Source: Haliotis cracherodii
Taxonomy: Eukaryota
Reading direction: 5' to 3'
NCBI RefSeq assembly: GCF_022045235.1
Contig: NW_027266319.1
Span: 67,456,001 to 67,520,000 of the forward strand
DNA length: 64,000 nt
Under the pieces are notes generated by a model that was not told the DNA's origin, did not search any database, and worked only from the letters and a program-made list of their open reading frames with translations. Numbering within the stretch: position 1 is the first letter of the stretch; each line of letters begins with the position of its first letter. Below are positions 34,931-47,762 of this stretch, piece after piece. A program made the position numbers and the translations under genes.

Positions 34931-37900
34931 AGTAGTGTAATGGGAACTGACATCTGATTTTGACACAAATAACGAGCGTCAAGTATGCTCATTGCTGATG
35001 TAAACTACCGCTGAGTGACAATCAGGTAAGCGAGCATGGCAGACATATCCGCCTGCAGCAGAGGAACTGCTACATGCAGGTTATAAAAGGACCAATTAGT
35101 GAACAACTTCACAAATTACGAGTTCTTTCTATCTGTTCACCTGTTGAGATTGTGTGAGAGAAAGACTGAGATGAGCGAGCAGGTTCTGCAAATAAAAGAG
35201 AAAAAAACACTGGAGGTTAATTAACGGCGCCTCCGGTTCAGTAAATAGGAGTGGGTGCATCTAAGGCAGACATTATAGACAGTGTGGCACATTACTATCA
35301 TTCTCAGCCATTAATACAAGGAATGGAAAGGATTTGACAGATTAACTGGGGAGTCTGACATATCTTACAACGCCGGCTTACAAAAATGTCAAGAATGCAA
35401 AATTAGCTCTACCGGAAGCGTTAATAAAATGTTATTTAGAAAACCCGAACGACCACTCGTCATATTATGGCTGAAATATTGCCGAGGTGACGTTAAATAT
35501 TAGCTAACTCACTCTGAGCGACCACATTGAGTAGAAATTACATAAAGCTAGACTTTGTTTGGTTACTATTTATTTAATTTTTTTAAGGAGGGTGTGTGTG
35601 TGGGGGGGGTGGGGGTGGGGGGGGGGGTGGGGGTGGGGGTGGGTGGGGTGGGGGCGGGGGATGTTTAGGTGTTTTAACAACAGTTGCTTCTGTAGTTCGG
35701 TGTCGTACGTGATGTCCGTTGTTGTAGTGTAGGCTGAACAGACCACGCTCTGAACCCAGTGTGACGATGCTTAGCTATATAGGGTTCCGGACGACGTGAC
35801 ATGTTCTGAGATGCCAGAAGGTGTATTACTCGTGTGCTTCAGATAGTTGGCTAGGCCGGTTGACTTACACAGGAATAACTGAAGCACCGATTACACGAAT
35901 GAATGAAAGTAGTTTGGAATGGACTCGCGACATCCTACACAGGGATAGGGTTGGACGCTGGGTAGCTATAACCCTAACCGATTTATTCTAATGAACCATC
36001 AGAACTTGGGCTCAGAAATACAGCAAGTATAAGCCATAGATGAATACAGTGGATTCTGACCAGCCAAACAAGATGAATCATTTCATATTATTTATCCGTT
36101 GCCAAGGGAATGAACCACATCGGTACCAGACTGGCGTTTCTGAAACACTTCCACCCAGTGAAGCATATAATGACATTTGTTCAGAAACTGTTGCATCTGA
36201 CTGCTACTTAACCACAGGAGATAAAGAGGATACGTGTCTCTCCTTGTCCTAAGATGAGTTAAGCCGAGTTAATCCGGAACAACTTCCTCGCAGCTGCATC
36301 GAAAGTGTTTTCATTTTTTTCGTTTAGCTACAAGCATACGTCAAATACATATACGTTAAGGCTGTCTTAAGTTTTAATCTCCTCGTACACGTATGCAACC
36401 TTTGAAAGGGGATTGTCAAAAGGTTCAACCTAAGTGTACATGCATGCATCACATGCATAATGGAAATCTATACATAAGTAAAACTATGTACATTCAGAAA
36501 CCATATAAAACGTCTTAGATTTCCTCACCTTTCATTGTTCTACTTGTTAATGCTGCATAAACAAGAACCACGGGTATAATTTAAACATGATTTTTCGCGA
36601 ACGCCTGGTGTCAACACTGACTTTAAGTGATCCATTCATATATTTTACCTTGTTTTGCCTTTTACGCCAAATGGAATCTGTAGCGCATACTCAGAACTGG
36701 TTACTCTCTGACGTTTCTGCTCCCTTCTTTTATTACAGGACATATGGACAGAACGGGAAAACGTGGTGTACCATGTAACATCGTAGCTTCACAATCACAG
36801 TTTGAAATACTTAAAGTTCTTTTGAAGTAAGGTACCTAATATATATATTTCCCGGCGAATTGACCATAACCTCAAGCTATGCCCGGCCCAGTGCCACAAA
36901 TATATATCTAGATATTTCTACTGAACACTCCACACAACCTTGTCTTGTTATTGTCGAACACTGCTTAGCATTTCATGCAGTCGTGTTATAAGAAGGTTCT
37001 TCTCTTTTGTTTGAGTCATGTCAGTATTGGGTACCAATGGTGCGTGTAGAACATTTGCTGTCTTTACGTCGGCCAGTGATGTGTCATCTAGACCTTGACA
37101 TTGTAAGAGCCAACGAGTGTACCTTCAACTGATTTTACACGTTCATCAGAAAGTATACATGTTATCAATCTTAGATACATCGCAGAGAGACATTTGCATA
37201 GGTTATATGTTTGTGTGTCGTTGTCCCTGATACCAACTAAAATATGTGGACACGTTAGAGCAAAGAAGGGAATTTCCAACTGTAATTGATTTGTTTTTGT
37301 ACAAATACTACTGATTTATTATAAACTTGAGTTGAATGGCAAGAAAAAAATAAGGCGAAGTTGGCGGTAGAAAAACAAAACAAACCCACTCCACTCTATG
37401 TCGCAACCAGTTACTGATCTGAACATTAAATTATGCTGTCAGAACGACGTGACAGGTACATGTACAATCACCAACTGCAAGAACTTTAATAACTTTTGTA
37501 TTTCGATAACCGACGAAAACAAATCGGTCTTCCTCGTCAAATACATTATTATCAATTTTATTACAAAAAACGCTCCTTTTACTCCGTGGTGGCCTGAAAG
37601 ATGAAACTGTTATCTTTGTATGATAAACTACAAGTAGACACAGGTGTGTTAAAGATGCGCAGATGCGATTCTGTGGAAACTTAGACACCGCCCATGCTAA
37701 GCAGGATTTCAATACTTGTGCCAGGGAGTTGCCTCTGCACCTGTGCAATAGACGCACGCGGAGGCCACCTGCACGATACTGGTGACATTCATTTCCAGAG
37801 GCGCAGGTGTCCTCATCTCACCTGTGGGTTTTAGTTCATCATTGTAATCAGTGAGTGAATGAAATGTAACGTCATATCGGCAATATTTCAGCCATATCGT

Positions 37901-39071
37901 GACTCTTCATTGTAAACTCCCAGGCAAAAAAAAGCATGTTTGATTTTGGCTAAAAATGAAACAGACAAGAAATGGTTATTCGAAGGTGATGTATTTGATA
38001 CGGGTATAGTTGTGTTTTGGACCTTAAGTTTCGTCTTTAGGCGACTGTTTCAGCCAAGTAACGTTTTAATAACGTTTGCAATGTTTGTTTTGGATTTGAC
38101 CACCCCCCACCCCCCTCCACAACCTGGATATTTTATAAAAAAAAACATTTTTCCTGGTGAAAGTTAACTAAGTTAACTTGAATAAGAAATGAATAATCTT
38201 ATTTGTACCCCCTGTCAAATAAAAAAGTTAACTACGGCCTTGGAGGCGCTGAACCTAACTCACTTACTGTGTTATGACCGTTTGTTCTTAAATTTACCTG
38301 TAAAAATATGTGTTGCTACATTTCAACAACATGGACATCAATGGAGAATAGGCCAACTGACGAATACCTACATAAATTGGGAATTGGCAGAGATGCATTA
38401 AACAGAAGTGGTATGCTTATGACAGAGTACAAAATCGCAAAAAAATATCTTATGATTGTGGTACGGGTTTTGTCTCTTTTGTCTATTTATTCTGGATGGC
38501 TCTTTAAGTGGAAGGAAACTAATGATTATGATATAATATAGGGTGTAGACCATTTACAACGACCGTGAGACAGAGACATGTCGAATATGAAATTAGAACG
38601 CGCGATCATGGAATATTGACACAACTAACGGAAGAAAAACCGTACAGCGAAATGGAGAGTGTTGGACGACATGATCCACGTTGTATGAGTATAAAGAATC
38701 AATAATAATGTGAGGGTATATAACAGTTATATAGGTATATTCCCTTCGAGGTACAGCCAGATGCATTCCTCGTCTTGGTAGGCTGTAGCTCATCTGTACA
38801 TCCGGTCGACCCTTGTTTATCAGAAACTTCGTCACATCATGGTCGGAAAAACACGCGTTTGAACTTCTGTAACTAAAGTGTATCCAGTACACATGGCACT
38901 CTTCAAACAGCTGTGAAAGTATGACGACGTGATGTAAATGGTGAATGAGTATGGTCTCTATACGTCACTTTTACCACATCACGGCGGGGTATTGCAAGGA
39001 TGGGCGAGAGGAGATACAGATCTTCATCCTGACCTACCTCATCGATACGTTACAGTACATCGGATCAAAGC

Positions 39072-39310
39072 CTTCTTCAGCAACCCATTCTTGCCGTAAA
39101 AGGCGACTATGCTTGTCGTAAGAGGCGACTAACGGGATCGGGTGGTCAGGCTCGCTGACTTGGTTGATGCATGTCATCGATCTCAATTGCGTGGATCGAT
39201 GCTCGTGATATCCATCACTGGATTGTCTGGTCCAGACTCGATTATTTACAGACCGCCGTCATATGGCTGGGATATTGCTGAGTGCGGCGTAAAACAACAA
39301 ACCAATCCAA
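39072..39310 (+). mobile_element. Family B retroposon, slightly 5'-truncated
   Basis: cttcagcaacccattcttgccgtaaaaggcgac...gagtgcggcgtaaaacaacaaaccaatcc. Confidence 0.92.
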
Positions 39311-40820
39311 AGCTTCAACCCTTAACAACTGAACCACTCACTCTATCACTCAGATCTATCAAGTGCCTGAATTATAGTTGTAGTTAATGACGAATGGTCT
39401 TAAAATGTTGAGAGCAAGGTCTTTATTACAAAAACTAAACAAAATTCAATCTTCGTGTTTAAGTGATGCCCCAGACATCCTATGTTTTCTCACGGAGCAC
39501 CACGTGACCCTGATGGAGGTTGTTTGTTGTGTATTTCCTATCGACGACAGATGTCCGCCATCAACAGTTTACACAAATTGGTTCTGATTGAAGTCATATG
39601 TAGATGATGAGGTAAGCAGTTTGAAACTGTTTCTACGTGTTGTCAAGACTACTTGGGACTAAGAGGTTCTGTTCACGCCTATATTTTTACCGAGTTCAAT
39701 AATATCCATCATATAAGTATGTATATTAATATGGGGAATGTTTGAGAAGAAGGCATGTTTACCAGGCTGTTTACAGATCAAGATTCATGTAATTAACCCT
39801 TGTCGCGTTATCAAAGAGTTCCTGCAAAGATGATATCCAGGTCATTATCTTCGTTCTCTGTTCATCACTATTCTCGAGGCAATCACAAACACATGCTCAT
39901 GATGTAGTCGGAATCGTACAATCGACTCTGCTTTTAGCAGAGATTTCTATTGGATATTGAAAGGGTTTTGTCGCTTTTATTTCCAATGGAGATTCCGTTG
40001 GAGAATAGATTATTGAATTAAATTGCCGATACCAGTGTTGACCTTGATGTCGCGTGGGTCAATGTTTAAGCACTGGTTTGTCTGGTCCAGTCCAGACTCG
40101 ATCATTTGCAGGTCGTATTAAAACTGCTACACTGCTTGCACATAGCGACCACCAACTGCATTCAAGCTGCACTATTGCATGTCAGGTGTAACACATTGTT
40201 CTCCTTTCCTTTTCTTGGCATAGCATGGGTAATTGATTGACAACCAATGGTCGAAGTTGTCAATTGCATGTCCGCATTTTTACTGTGTTGAATGGCGATG
40301 TTCAAAGAAGAAATAATCTTTGTATTTGAAATGTTAAGTGAACTGTGATGTTGAAATTTGCTTTCATTTTCCTTTCATCTTTTAAATTAAAAACGACTAT
40401 ATCTCTTCGAGCGGATGTCCTACTTAGCATTGTGACTAGGTTAGAAGGATGCGTCTTTTGATAACGACCTCCAGGATAAGTTTACTCTGATACAACAACA
40501 TGCTTAAACATATACTGCACATCTTCATGTAAACTAAACCTGTTAAGTACAACATAAGAATTTAAGTTAATTCTTTTTTTTGTGGAAAACAGTATCTCTC
40601 TTTAAATGGTTATCTATTTTGCAAAGATCATCAGATGTTTCGATCTAAGGATGCCGTGATACATGATTCCGTTGATGTAATGCCGGCTGCTGCAGCGTGC
40701 GAGACTGTAAACGTTAGGAGCATCGTGGTTAAGTACAGGTAACCACGTGACACCACATAATTGGTAGTGAGGCTATTCATACCGTTACTGTAACGTTCTA
40801 CCTGTTCATTCAGACAGCTA

Positions 40821-41090
40821 GACCCGTGAAGATCCGGGTTAGAATAGGTCTTCAGCAACCCATGCTTGCCGTAAAAGGCGATTATGCTTGTCGTAAGAGG
40901 CGACTAACGGGTTTGGGTAGTCAGGCTCGCTGACTTGGTTGATGCATGCCATCGATCCCAATTGCGTCGATCGATGCTCAGGATATTCAATCACTGGATT
41001 GTCCTGTTCAGACTCGATTATTTACAAACCACCGTCATATCGCTGGAATATTGCAGAGTGAGTGAGTGAGTGAGTGAGTGAGTGAGTGGG
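40821..41090 (+). mobile_element. Family B retroposon with a complete 5' module, ending in (gagt)n
   Basis: gacccgtgaagatccgggttagaataggtcttcagcaacccatgctt... Confidence 0.92.
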
Positions 41091-41106
41091 TGGAGATTTT
41101 CAAGCC

Positions 41107-41195
41107 TTCACCTGATGAAGGGGCAAGAAGTAATCACGAAACGTTGATACATACAAATAAGTTTATTAGCCGTAAAAAGTTTCATTTCTTCATTA
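41107..41195 (+). mobile_element. Penelope-like pseudo-LTR fragment with a minimal hammerhead-like motif
   Basis: tcac-CTGATGA(41112-41118)-agg...-GAAA(41138-41141)-cgttg followed by aaataagttt; stem II poorly paired. Confidence 0.55.
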
Positions 41196-41303
41196 ACACG
41201 TGTTTATCAAACTATTATCATATAACATCGAATAATGTGGGACATTTTAAGGTTATAAAACATATGTTATTGAATTTGTAGACATTTCTCACTGCACTAA
41301 CCA

Positions 41304-41577
41304 GGGACACGGGTGGCCCAGTCATCTAAGGCGCCGCAATTCGCTGTGCAGAGTTGCGTCCCTTGGGCACGCCAGAAACCTATGATTGTGGGTTGGAATC
41401 CCGGTTCGCCCCAATTATGTTTCTAAGTTTGTCAGCACCATACCCGTGCTCGTGGGTTTCACCGAAGTGGTAAACGTCTTAGACCTGCATCACTTCGGGC
41501 TTTCCTCCCACATTAAGCTGACACGCCGCGATATAACTGGAATACTGTTAAAAGCGGCGTTAAACCCGATTCAGTCA
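41304..41577 (+). mobile_element. Family C tRNA-derived SINE (V-SINE/RUDI-like), full length
   Basis: tRNA-Leu/Ser-like head gtggcccagtcatctaaggcg...ggttggaatcccgg; tttgtcag and ggctttcctccc core; shared tail; 16-bp flanking repeat ctcactgcactaacca (41288-41303, 41578-41593). Confidence 0.88.
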
Positions 41578-41959
41578 CTCACTGCACTAACCAAAGTACC
41601 ACAAGTACAGCGTAAAAGTTCGAGTGTTATGAGGGTGAATGTCATCAGGGCCACATGTCATTGAATTGACCATTTTGTTTGTCCTTTGACTAATATACGC
41701 ATGTTGCATGTTTATTTGTTTTACTGTTAATACCAAACTACAAATCATAATTCAATAGTTTCATTTGCCAAACAAGGTACGTTAATGACAAATCTTAGAG
41801 TATCATTTACAATCTTGACGAGCAGAATTGTGAAAACTTTAGACAGCAATGTCAAAGAGGATACACGCAGTAGGCGAATCTCCAATAGTTAATAAATCGA
41901 ATTGTTATAATTCCTGCCTATTTTCGTGTTGAAATATTCCATCACATTGTAATTCAAGC

Positions 41960-42250
41960 AAATGGCAACTTCAATGTTTGATGATCATTCCTTTTTTAGC
42001 ATTTTCGTTCTTCGGGGATTTCAAATAGGGTTATAGGACTCTCGCTCTGAAGATGTTTGATCAGGGTTACAACATTGTTGACTTCGTAAACCTCAAATAA
42101 ACATTTATAGTAAAAGTTTGTTGAGAACATTTCCAAATTTGATGCAGTGAAAAACAGTTGATGGATGATGCAATTCCCTGTTTCGACCTGTACCACATGT
42201 CTCCGTTTAAGGTGAACAATTGACTTGCCCTTGCATTTTTTTGTGCGGGT
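41960..42250 (+). mobile_element. Degenerate Naiad-type PLE 3' fragment
   Basis: gatttcaaa...aagatgtttgatcaggg...gatgcaattccc...ggtgaacaattgacttgcc aligns to 32880-33100 and 62380-62450. Confidence 0.55.
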
Positions 42251-43694
42251 CCAATCGATTTGATTCATGAGTCATATGATTTAATATGATTATGGAAATG
42301 TTTTTTTGTCGCTGTTATTGTTGCTAACGATGTAGACATGTGCATCATGTAAATTATCTCTACTTCTTCATAAATACGTCATAAAAAGTCTTTTTAACAC
42401 AATGAGGGGAAGTGTCCATTTCGAGTGTTAAAATTATAATGTCGATGTCTTTGTTGTCAATTGCATCAGTGAAACTGTCAGCAAGTTCGGAATCCCATCG
42501 ACGTTTACTGAATTCCATGCAAATTGCTCAAGGAGACATTTAAAATGGCGTTCGGAAACATACGTATTACGATCATCACATCCACTCAAACAACTTGTGT
42601 AAGATTTGTGTGTAGCTGTTGTAATTGTGGTAACGTCATGTTTGACACACACGCTATTGATTTGTAAATTGGCATTTTGGCTTTTTTTTAATGAAATCAC
42701 GCATTTTCTGAAGTCAGTATGGCAAATTAAACCATTTGAACACTTACAGGAGTCTTTTATCTGTTGCAAACCGAAATTGTTTTAGATTTGGTAAAAAACA
42801 CAACTTTGCATTTAATCTTATTCAATGTGACAGGAACTTTTGTTGTTCAGTATATATAATCTTACGTGATAACGGTGGTCTGTTGTATTCAATGATAAAT
42901 ACGTTCGACTTTGGCTATCTTCGCACTGGGTAATCAAGTGCACACTGATGGGGTACCGCCTTATGTCTCTCGTCGGCTCCAAATGCTCCATGTTAGATGT
43001 CAGCACATATGTGTGGTCTAATGCAAATGTCGTGTAAGTAATTGAAAAGAATGGACTTACAAGACCACCAACAGTGTCAGATACTGTCATATCATATCCA
43101 AACCTAAGACTAAACATTCCTGTATAATCTGTTAAGATAACTTAATAATGTGTTAGTTCGTACTAAATCGGACACGGTTACAAATAATGACACGGTTGTC
43201 GCAAAAAAAATATCTACATAATATTGACGTCATTCCCATTCAAAGGATCCACCGTGTGTCATTATATAATGCAGGTGTTACCCTTTGAGCCAATCAACCG
43301 GGGACTTCTATATGTTAAAAAGACGCCTGTTTGTCAATGAATTCACATTCAAAATAACCTGGTAAGGCTACTTTAGATTTACCTTCGATGCAATATGAGA
43401 CGATGTTGCAATCCTCTTGCAAAGTACAATATAAACATATACGACAATTAACTCTCTGGCGTTTGTTCAGCCTTTCATAATTGATCTATTTGTTGTCGGC
43501 ATGTATTCGTTAGTTACACCCATACAAGGCACATAGTATCTCTGAAATCCTGTATTATGTTCGCATGATATAAGGTGGTGGAACGTGAATGTTCACATCC
43601 ATCGAATTGTTCTGTCCATGTAGTCTTCTTCATAAATCAGAGGGAGTGAATTGGTTCACCGCTTCTAGCAATTTAACAGCCACATCACAGAGGG

Positions 43695-43850
43695 GTGAGT
43701 GAGTGAGTATGGTTTTACGCCGCGTTTAGCAATATTCCATCAATATCACGGCGGGGGACAGAGAAATGGGCTTCACACATTGTACCCATGTCGGGAATAG
43801 AACCCGGGTCTTCGACGTGACGAGCGACCGCTTTAATTACAAGGCTACAC
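43695..43850 (-). mobile_element. Family A SINE inserted into an older degenerate family A copy
   Basis: Younger copy flanked by cacagagggg on both sides, with older A-like sequence at ~43644-43694 and ~43860-43960. Confidence 0.8.
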
Positions 43851-45162
43851 AGAGGGGGGCACCGTGGATGGGCTTCAAGCATTATAAATATATGGGGAAT
43901 CGAGCCAGAGTAATCAGCGTGACGAGCAAACTCTTTAAAGCTCTGCTACCACACCTCCCTTTTACAAATCAAGAACTACGACTAAGAAAGGTTTGACATA
44001 TCTGTAGACCAACTATGAAAATAATGTAATGTTGATTCAAAATAGATGACTTCAATTTTCCACAGAAAACTGTCCATAAGGACCCATGACCATAACAACG
44101 ACACACGCGCCTGTACCATATGTTTAATATTGATAGGAAGTGGGCCAGAGCGTATATCTACATATGCATAAATTATAGATATAAAAACTGATGGTGACAA
44201 ACAAACAATTGAGACATTGTATAATCGATCTCATAGAAGTCAGAATCTACATGTGAGTGGGCCGAAGGGTTACACACATAGAGTTGAAACCGTGGCATCC
44301 TGACAATGGTTTGAAAACCAAAAGACGATTCACATGGATGCAAAACAGCTGTCCACGTATCTTCAATACGGTTCAGGGATACGTATATCTTTCTTTCTCT
44401 GACCGGAGCGTCCCGTATGTTCTTTATCAGATACACATATTCGATTCCCCAAGTTGCATTTTAGAATCGCCAGTTATGTATAATGTTCTTATAAGCGGAT
44501 CAAATGTCTGCCCTTAATGAGAAGATTGTGTTACTTTTTTACAGTCATGGCATGTTTAAACAGACACCCTATCTCTTTTATTCGCTGTTTGAGTGAAGTG
44601 GGACAACTGCATGGATGGGTTGTTGTTTACAAACGCCATCTTCTGTTTCAGAACAAGACACAATGAAAGGAAAAAATAAGTTAATTGCAAGAAAGGTCTC
44701 AGCTGTAGGTAATGGGTGGGTCTGGAGTCTGGTTTACTGACGAGGTGTAAATATTGTCAGGAATTATATGTCAATGCATCTTGCATTGACAATCAATAAT
44801 TATTTACTTGAACTGGGTCGATGTTCCTGCTGGTGGAGTGAAGTCATCGAGTTTCATCATAAGCTCAGTAGTATTTATCTATGCTGAGTTATCTATGCTG
44901 AGTTATCTATGCTGAGTTAACTACAAAAGAAATCTTTGGGTCGAGACATTAAAACTGCCACACCGTGTTGCAAAACGAAAATATTTCTGAAACCTTTTTT
45001 TCTTATATACAGAATCTGTGCACTTATACAACGGAGTTAATTCAAAATTAACATCGTTATCGGAATCGAACCCGGGTCGTCGGCGTGACGAGCCAACGCT
45101 TTAAACACTAGGCTACCCCACCGCCACTTTCGCAAAAGTACATATTTCCGTTTCATTCAGTA

Positions 45163-45893
45163 TTAGTTGTAACCCTAGCTGTGCCGGTCATACACGTGTC
45201 TCACTAGTTGTAACCCTAGCTTTGCCGGTCATACACGTAGTTGTAACCCTAGCTTTGCCGGTCAAACACGTGTCTCACTAGTTGTAACCATAGCTGTGCC
45301 GGTCATACACGTGTCTCACTAGTTGTAACCCTAGCCGTGCCGGTCATACACGTGTCTCACTAGTTGTAACCCTAGCCGTGCCGGTCATACACGTGTCTCA
45401 CTAGTTGTAACCCTAACTGTGTCGGTCATACACGTGTCTCACTAGTTGTAACCCTTGCTGTGCCATTCATACACGTGTCTCACTAGTTGTAACCCTAGCT
45501 GTGCCGTTCATACACGTGTCTCACTAGTTGTAACCCTAGCTGTGCCGGTCATACACGTGTCTCACTTGTTGTAACCCTAGCTTTGCCGGTCATACACGTG
45601 TCTCACTTGTTGTAACCCTAGCTGTGCCATTCATACACGTGTCTCACTTGTTGTAACCCTTGCTGTGCCGGTCATACACGTGTCTCACTAGTTGTAACCC
45701 TAGCTGTGCCGGTCATACACGTGTCTCACTTGTTGTAACCCTAGCTGTGCCATTCATACACGTGTCTCACTTGTTGTAACCCTTGCTGTGCCGGTCATAC
45801 ACGTGTCTCACTAGTTGTAACCCTAGCTGTGCCGGTCATACACGTGTCTCACTTGTTGTAACCCTTGCTGTGCCATTCATACACGTGTCTCAC
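45163..45893. repeat. Minisatellite, 41-bp unit tagttgtaaccctagctgtgccggtcatacacgtgtctcac, about 18 copies
   Basis: Head-to-tail, highly similar units. Confidence 0.95.
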
Positions 45894-45980
45894 TATCTCT
45901 ATCAAAATATGAGTGGTTTTTATAACATGCGTTCCCCAACGTTTGGCTGTACGCACTCACTCACAGGCAAGAACACACCC

Positions 45981-45982
45981 TG

Positions 45983-46013
<31 letters not shown>

Positions 46014-46350
46014 CAGTGGTAGTAGTAGTAGTAGTAGTTGTAGCTGTAGTAGTGATAGTAGTGGTAGTAGTAGTGGTAGTGATAGTAGTAGTTATAATAG
46101 TGATAGTAGTGGTAGTGGTAGTAGCAGTAGTTGATGTTGTAGTAATAGTAATGGTAGTGGTGGTGGTGGTGGTAGTGATAGTAGTAGTATTAGTGGTCGT
46201 GGTGGTAGTAGTAGTAGTAGAAATGGTAGTGGTAGTTGTAGGGGTAGTGGTAGTAGTAGTAGTAGTGGTAGTAGTAGTAGTAGTGGTAGTAGTGGTAGTC
46301 GTGGTAGTCGTGGTAGTAGTAGTAGTAGTGGTGGTGATTGTTGTGGTGTG
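45981..46350. repeat. Imperfect (GTA/GTG)n trinucleotide microsatellite
   Basis: Direct reading. Confidence 0.97.
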
Positions 46351-47354
46351 TAAATTCATAAAACCAGTACAATATTATGTACGTAACTCAACTAATTAAT
46401 CAAGAAACCTGCTAGCAACTTACCGATCATGCTAGCGTAATGATCACGGTTTTCTGAACAAGGTGTATTGGTAATATTAATTTGTATCAGAAATAAACTT
46501 GTATGTTTAAGAAATAAAATGAACATCCGCACACAAAGCAAGGTACGTATGCGTCATGTATGCTAACCAGTAACATGTATATTTGCTGATCAATTCATTT
46601 CCATCCCATTCCTAAAAAAAGGAACTTCACGGTGCTTGTTCCAAGATATTTAGCTACAAGGTACACTTGTCTGTGACAGGTTGTAAGGTAATTAAACCGG
46701 CAGTGTGATTCCACACAACATGTTTAAGTATGGGCGCTAGGACAAAGACACAAGACAACGCAGTAGGGTGCCCTCAAAGTGACATTCACAGTAGACGTAA
46801 TGGGCTTTCAAGAGTGGGTGCTCTCTGCAGTGCAATTTTTTCATGTGATTGTTCATGGCTAAATTCGAAAATCATATTTTACATGTGGACTTTGATGAGG
46901 ATGAAAAAACTATGAAGAGAATAAACATGACATTGAGATAATTTGTCATCCATTATTTTGTCCTTTCGATGTTTAAGAGCGTGCAGAATGTCGTTTGTAT
47001 CAGCGACATATACAGACTTCATGCTGTGGACGTATGAAATTGGATTACGGTGACAAGGCAATAGGCCTTGAAATGTAGTTTTGATAACCTACATGTATTT
47101 GCATTTCGAAAGGAATTTTGTAATGCGAGGGAACTACATTCTCACATTGTGTAATATGAGAGTCGAGGGATGGAGGTGTGTTGGTACACAAGAATATGAA
47201 AAATACATTTTGGTTCAAGGACGGTCAAATGATACGGTTGGCTTCTGGCAGTAGACACTTTGGAAAACACATGTGATTGACACTTACTGCCCTAAATATA
47301 TTCTGTTGTGATAAACATAAATCATATGATGTTCATCGCCGCTCTTGAGATGTC

Positions 47355-47620
47355 GACCCGTGGATATCAGGGGTGGAATAGGTCTTCCGGTACCCACGCT
47401 TGCTGTAAAAGGCGACCATACATGTCGTAAGAGGCAACTAAAGGGATCAGGTGGTCAGGCTCGCTGTCTTTGTTGATGCATATCATCGATCCCAATTGCG
47501 TGGATTAATGCTCAGGATATCAATCACTGGATTGTCTGGTCCAGACTCGGTTATTTACAGACCGCCGTCATATAGCTGGAATAGTGCGGCGTTAAACAAC
47601 GAAAAAAGAAAAGAAAACAA
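47355..47620 (+). mobile_element. Family B retroposon, diverged full-length copy
   Basis: gacccgtggatatcaggggtggaataggtcttccgg...gcggcgttaaacaac. Confidence 0.9.
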
Positions 47621-47762
47621 AGATTAACACGTTTACATGCTCGTCATAAGAATTATTAAACAATTATTTTGCAATGCAATCCTCAAACGTTTTAATCCTG
47701 AAACAAATTAAAACGAAAGCCACAAATACATAAAAGAGGAAGAATAATTCACTGTACAATAG

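Noticed and set aside
35593-35660. G-rich tract (G-quadruplex-capable) and poly-C at 5528-5548
   Set aside because: Simple low-complexity runs, common and error-prone in assemblies; no evidence of function.
40821-40912. Calling the family B 5' module a canonical HDV-like, hammerhead or twister ribozyme
   Set aside because: It lacks the nested P1/P1.1/P3-L3 arrangement of HDV and the CUGANGA/GAAA core, and does not fit twister as I read it; retained only as an unclassified structured-RNA candidate.
45913-46399. Poly-Ser, poly-Thr, poly-Val and Tyr/His ORFs
   Set aside because: Reading frames of a (GTA/GTG)n microsatellite; no splice or homology support for a mucin exon.
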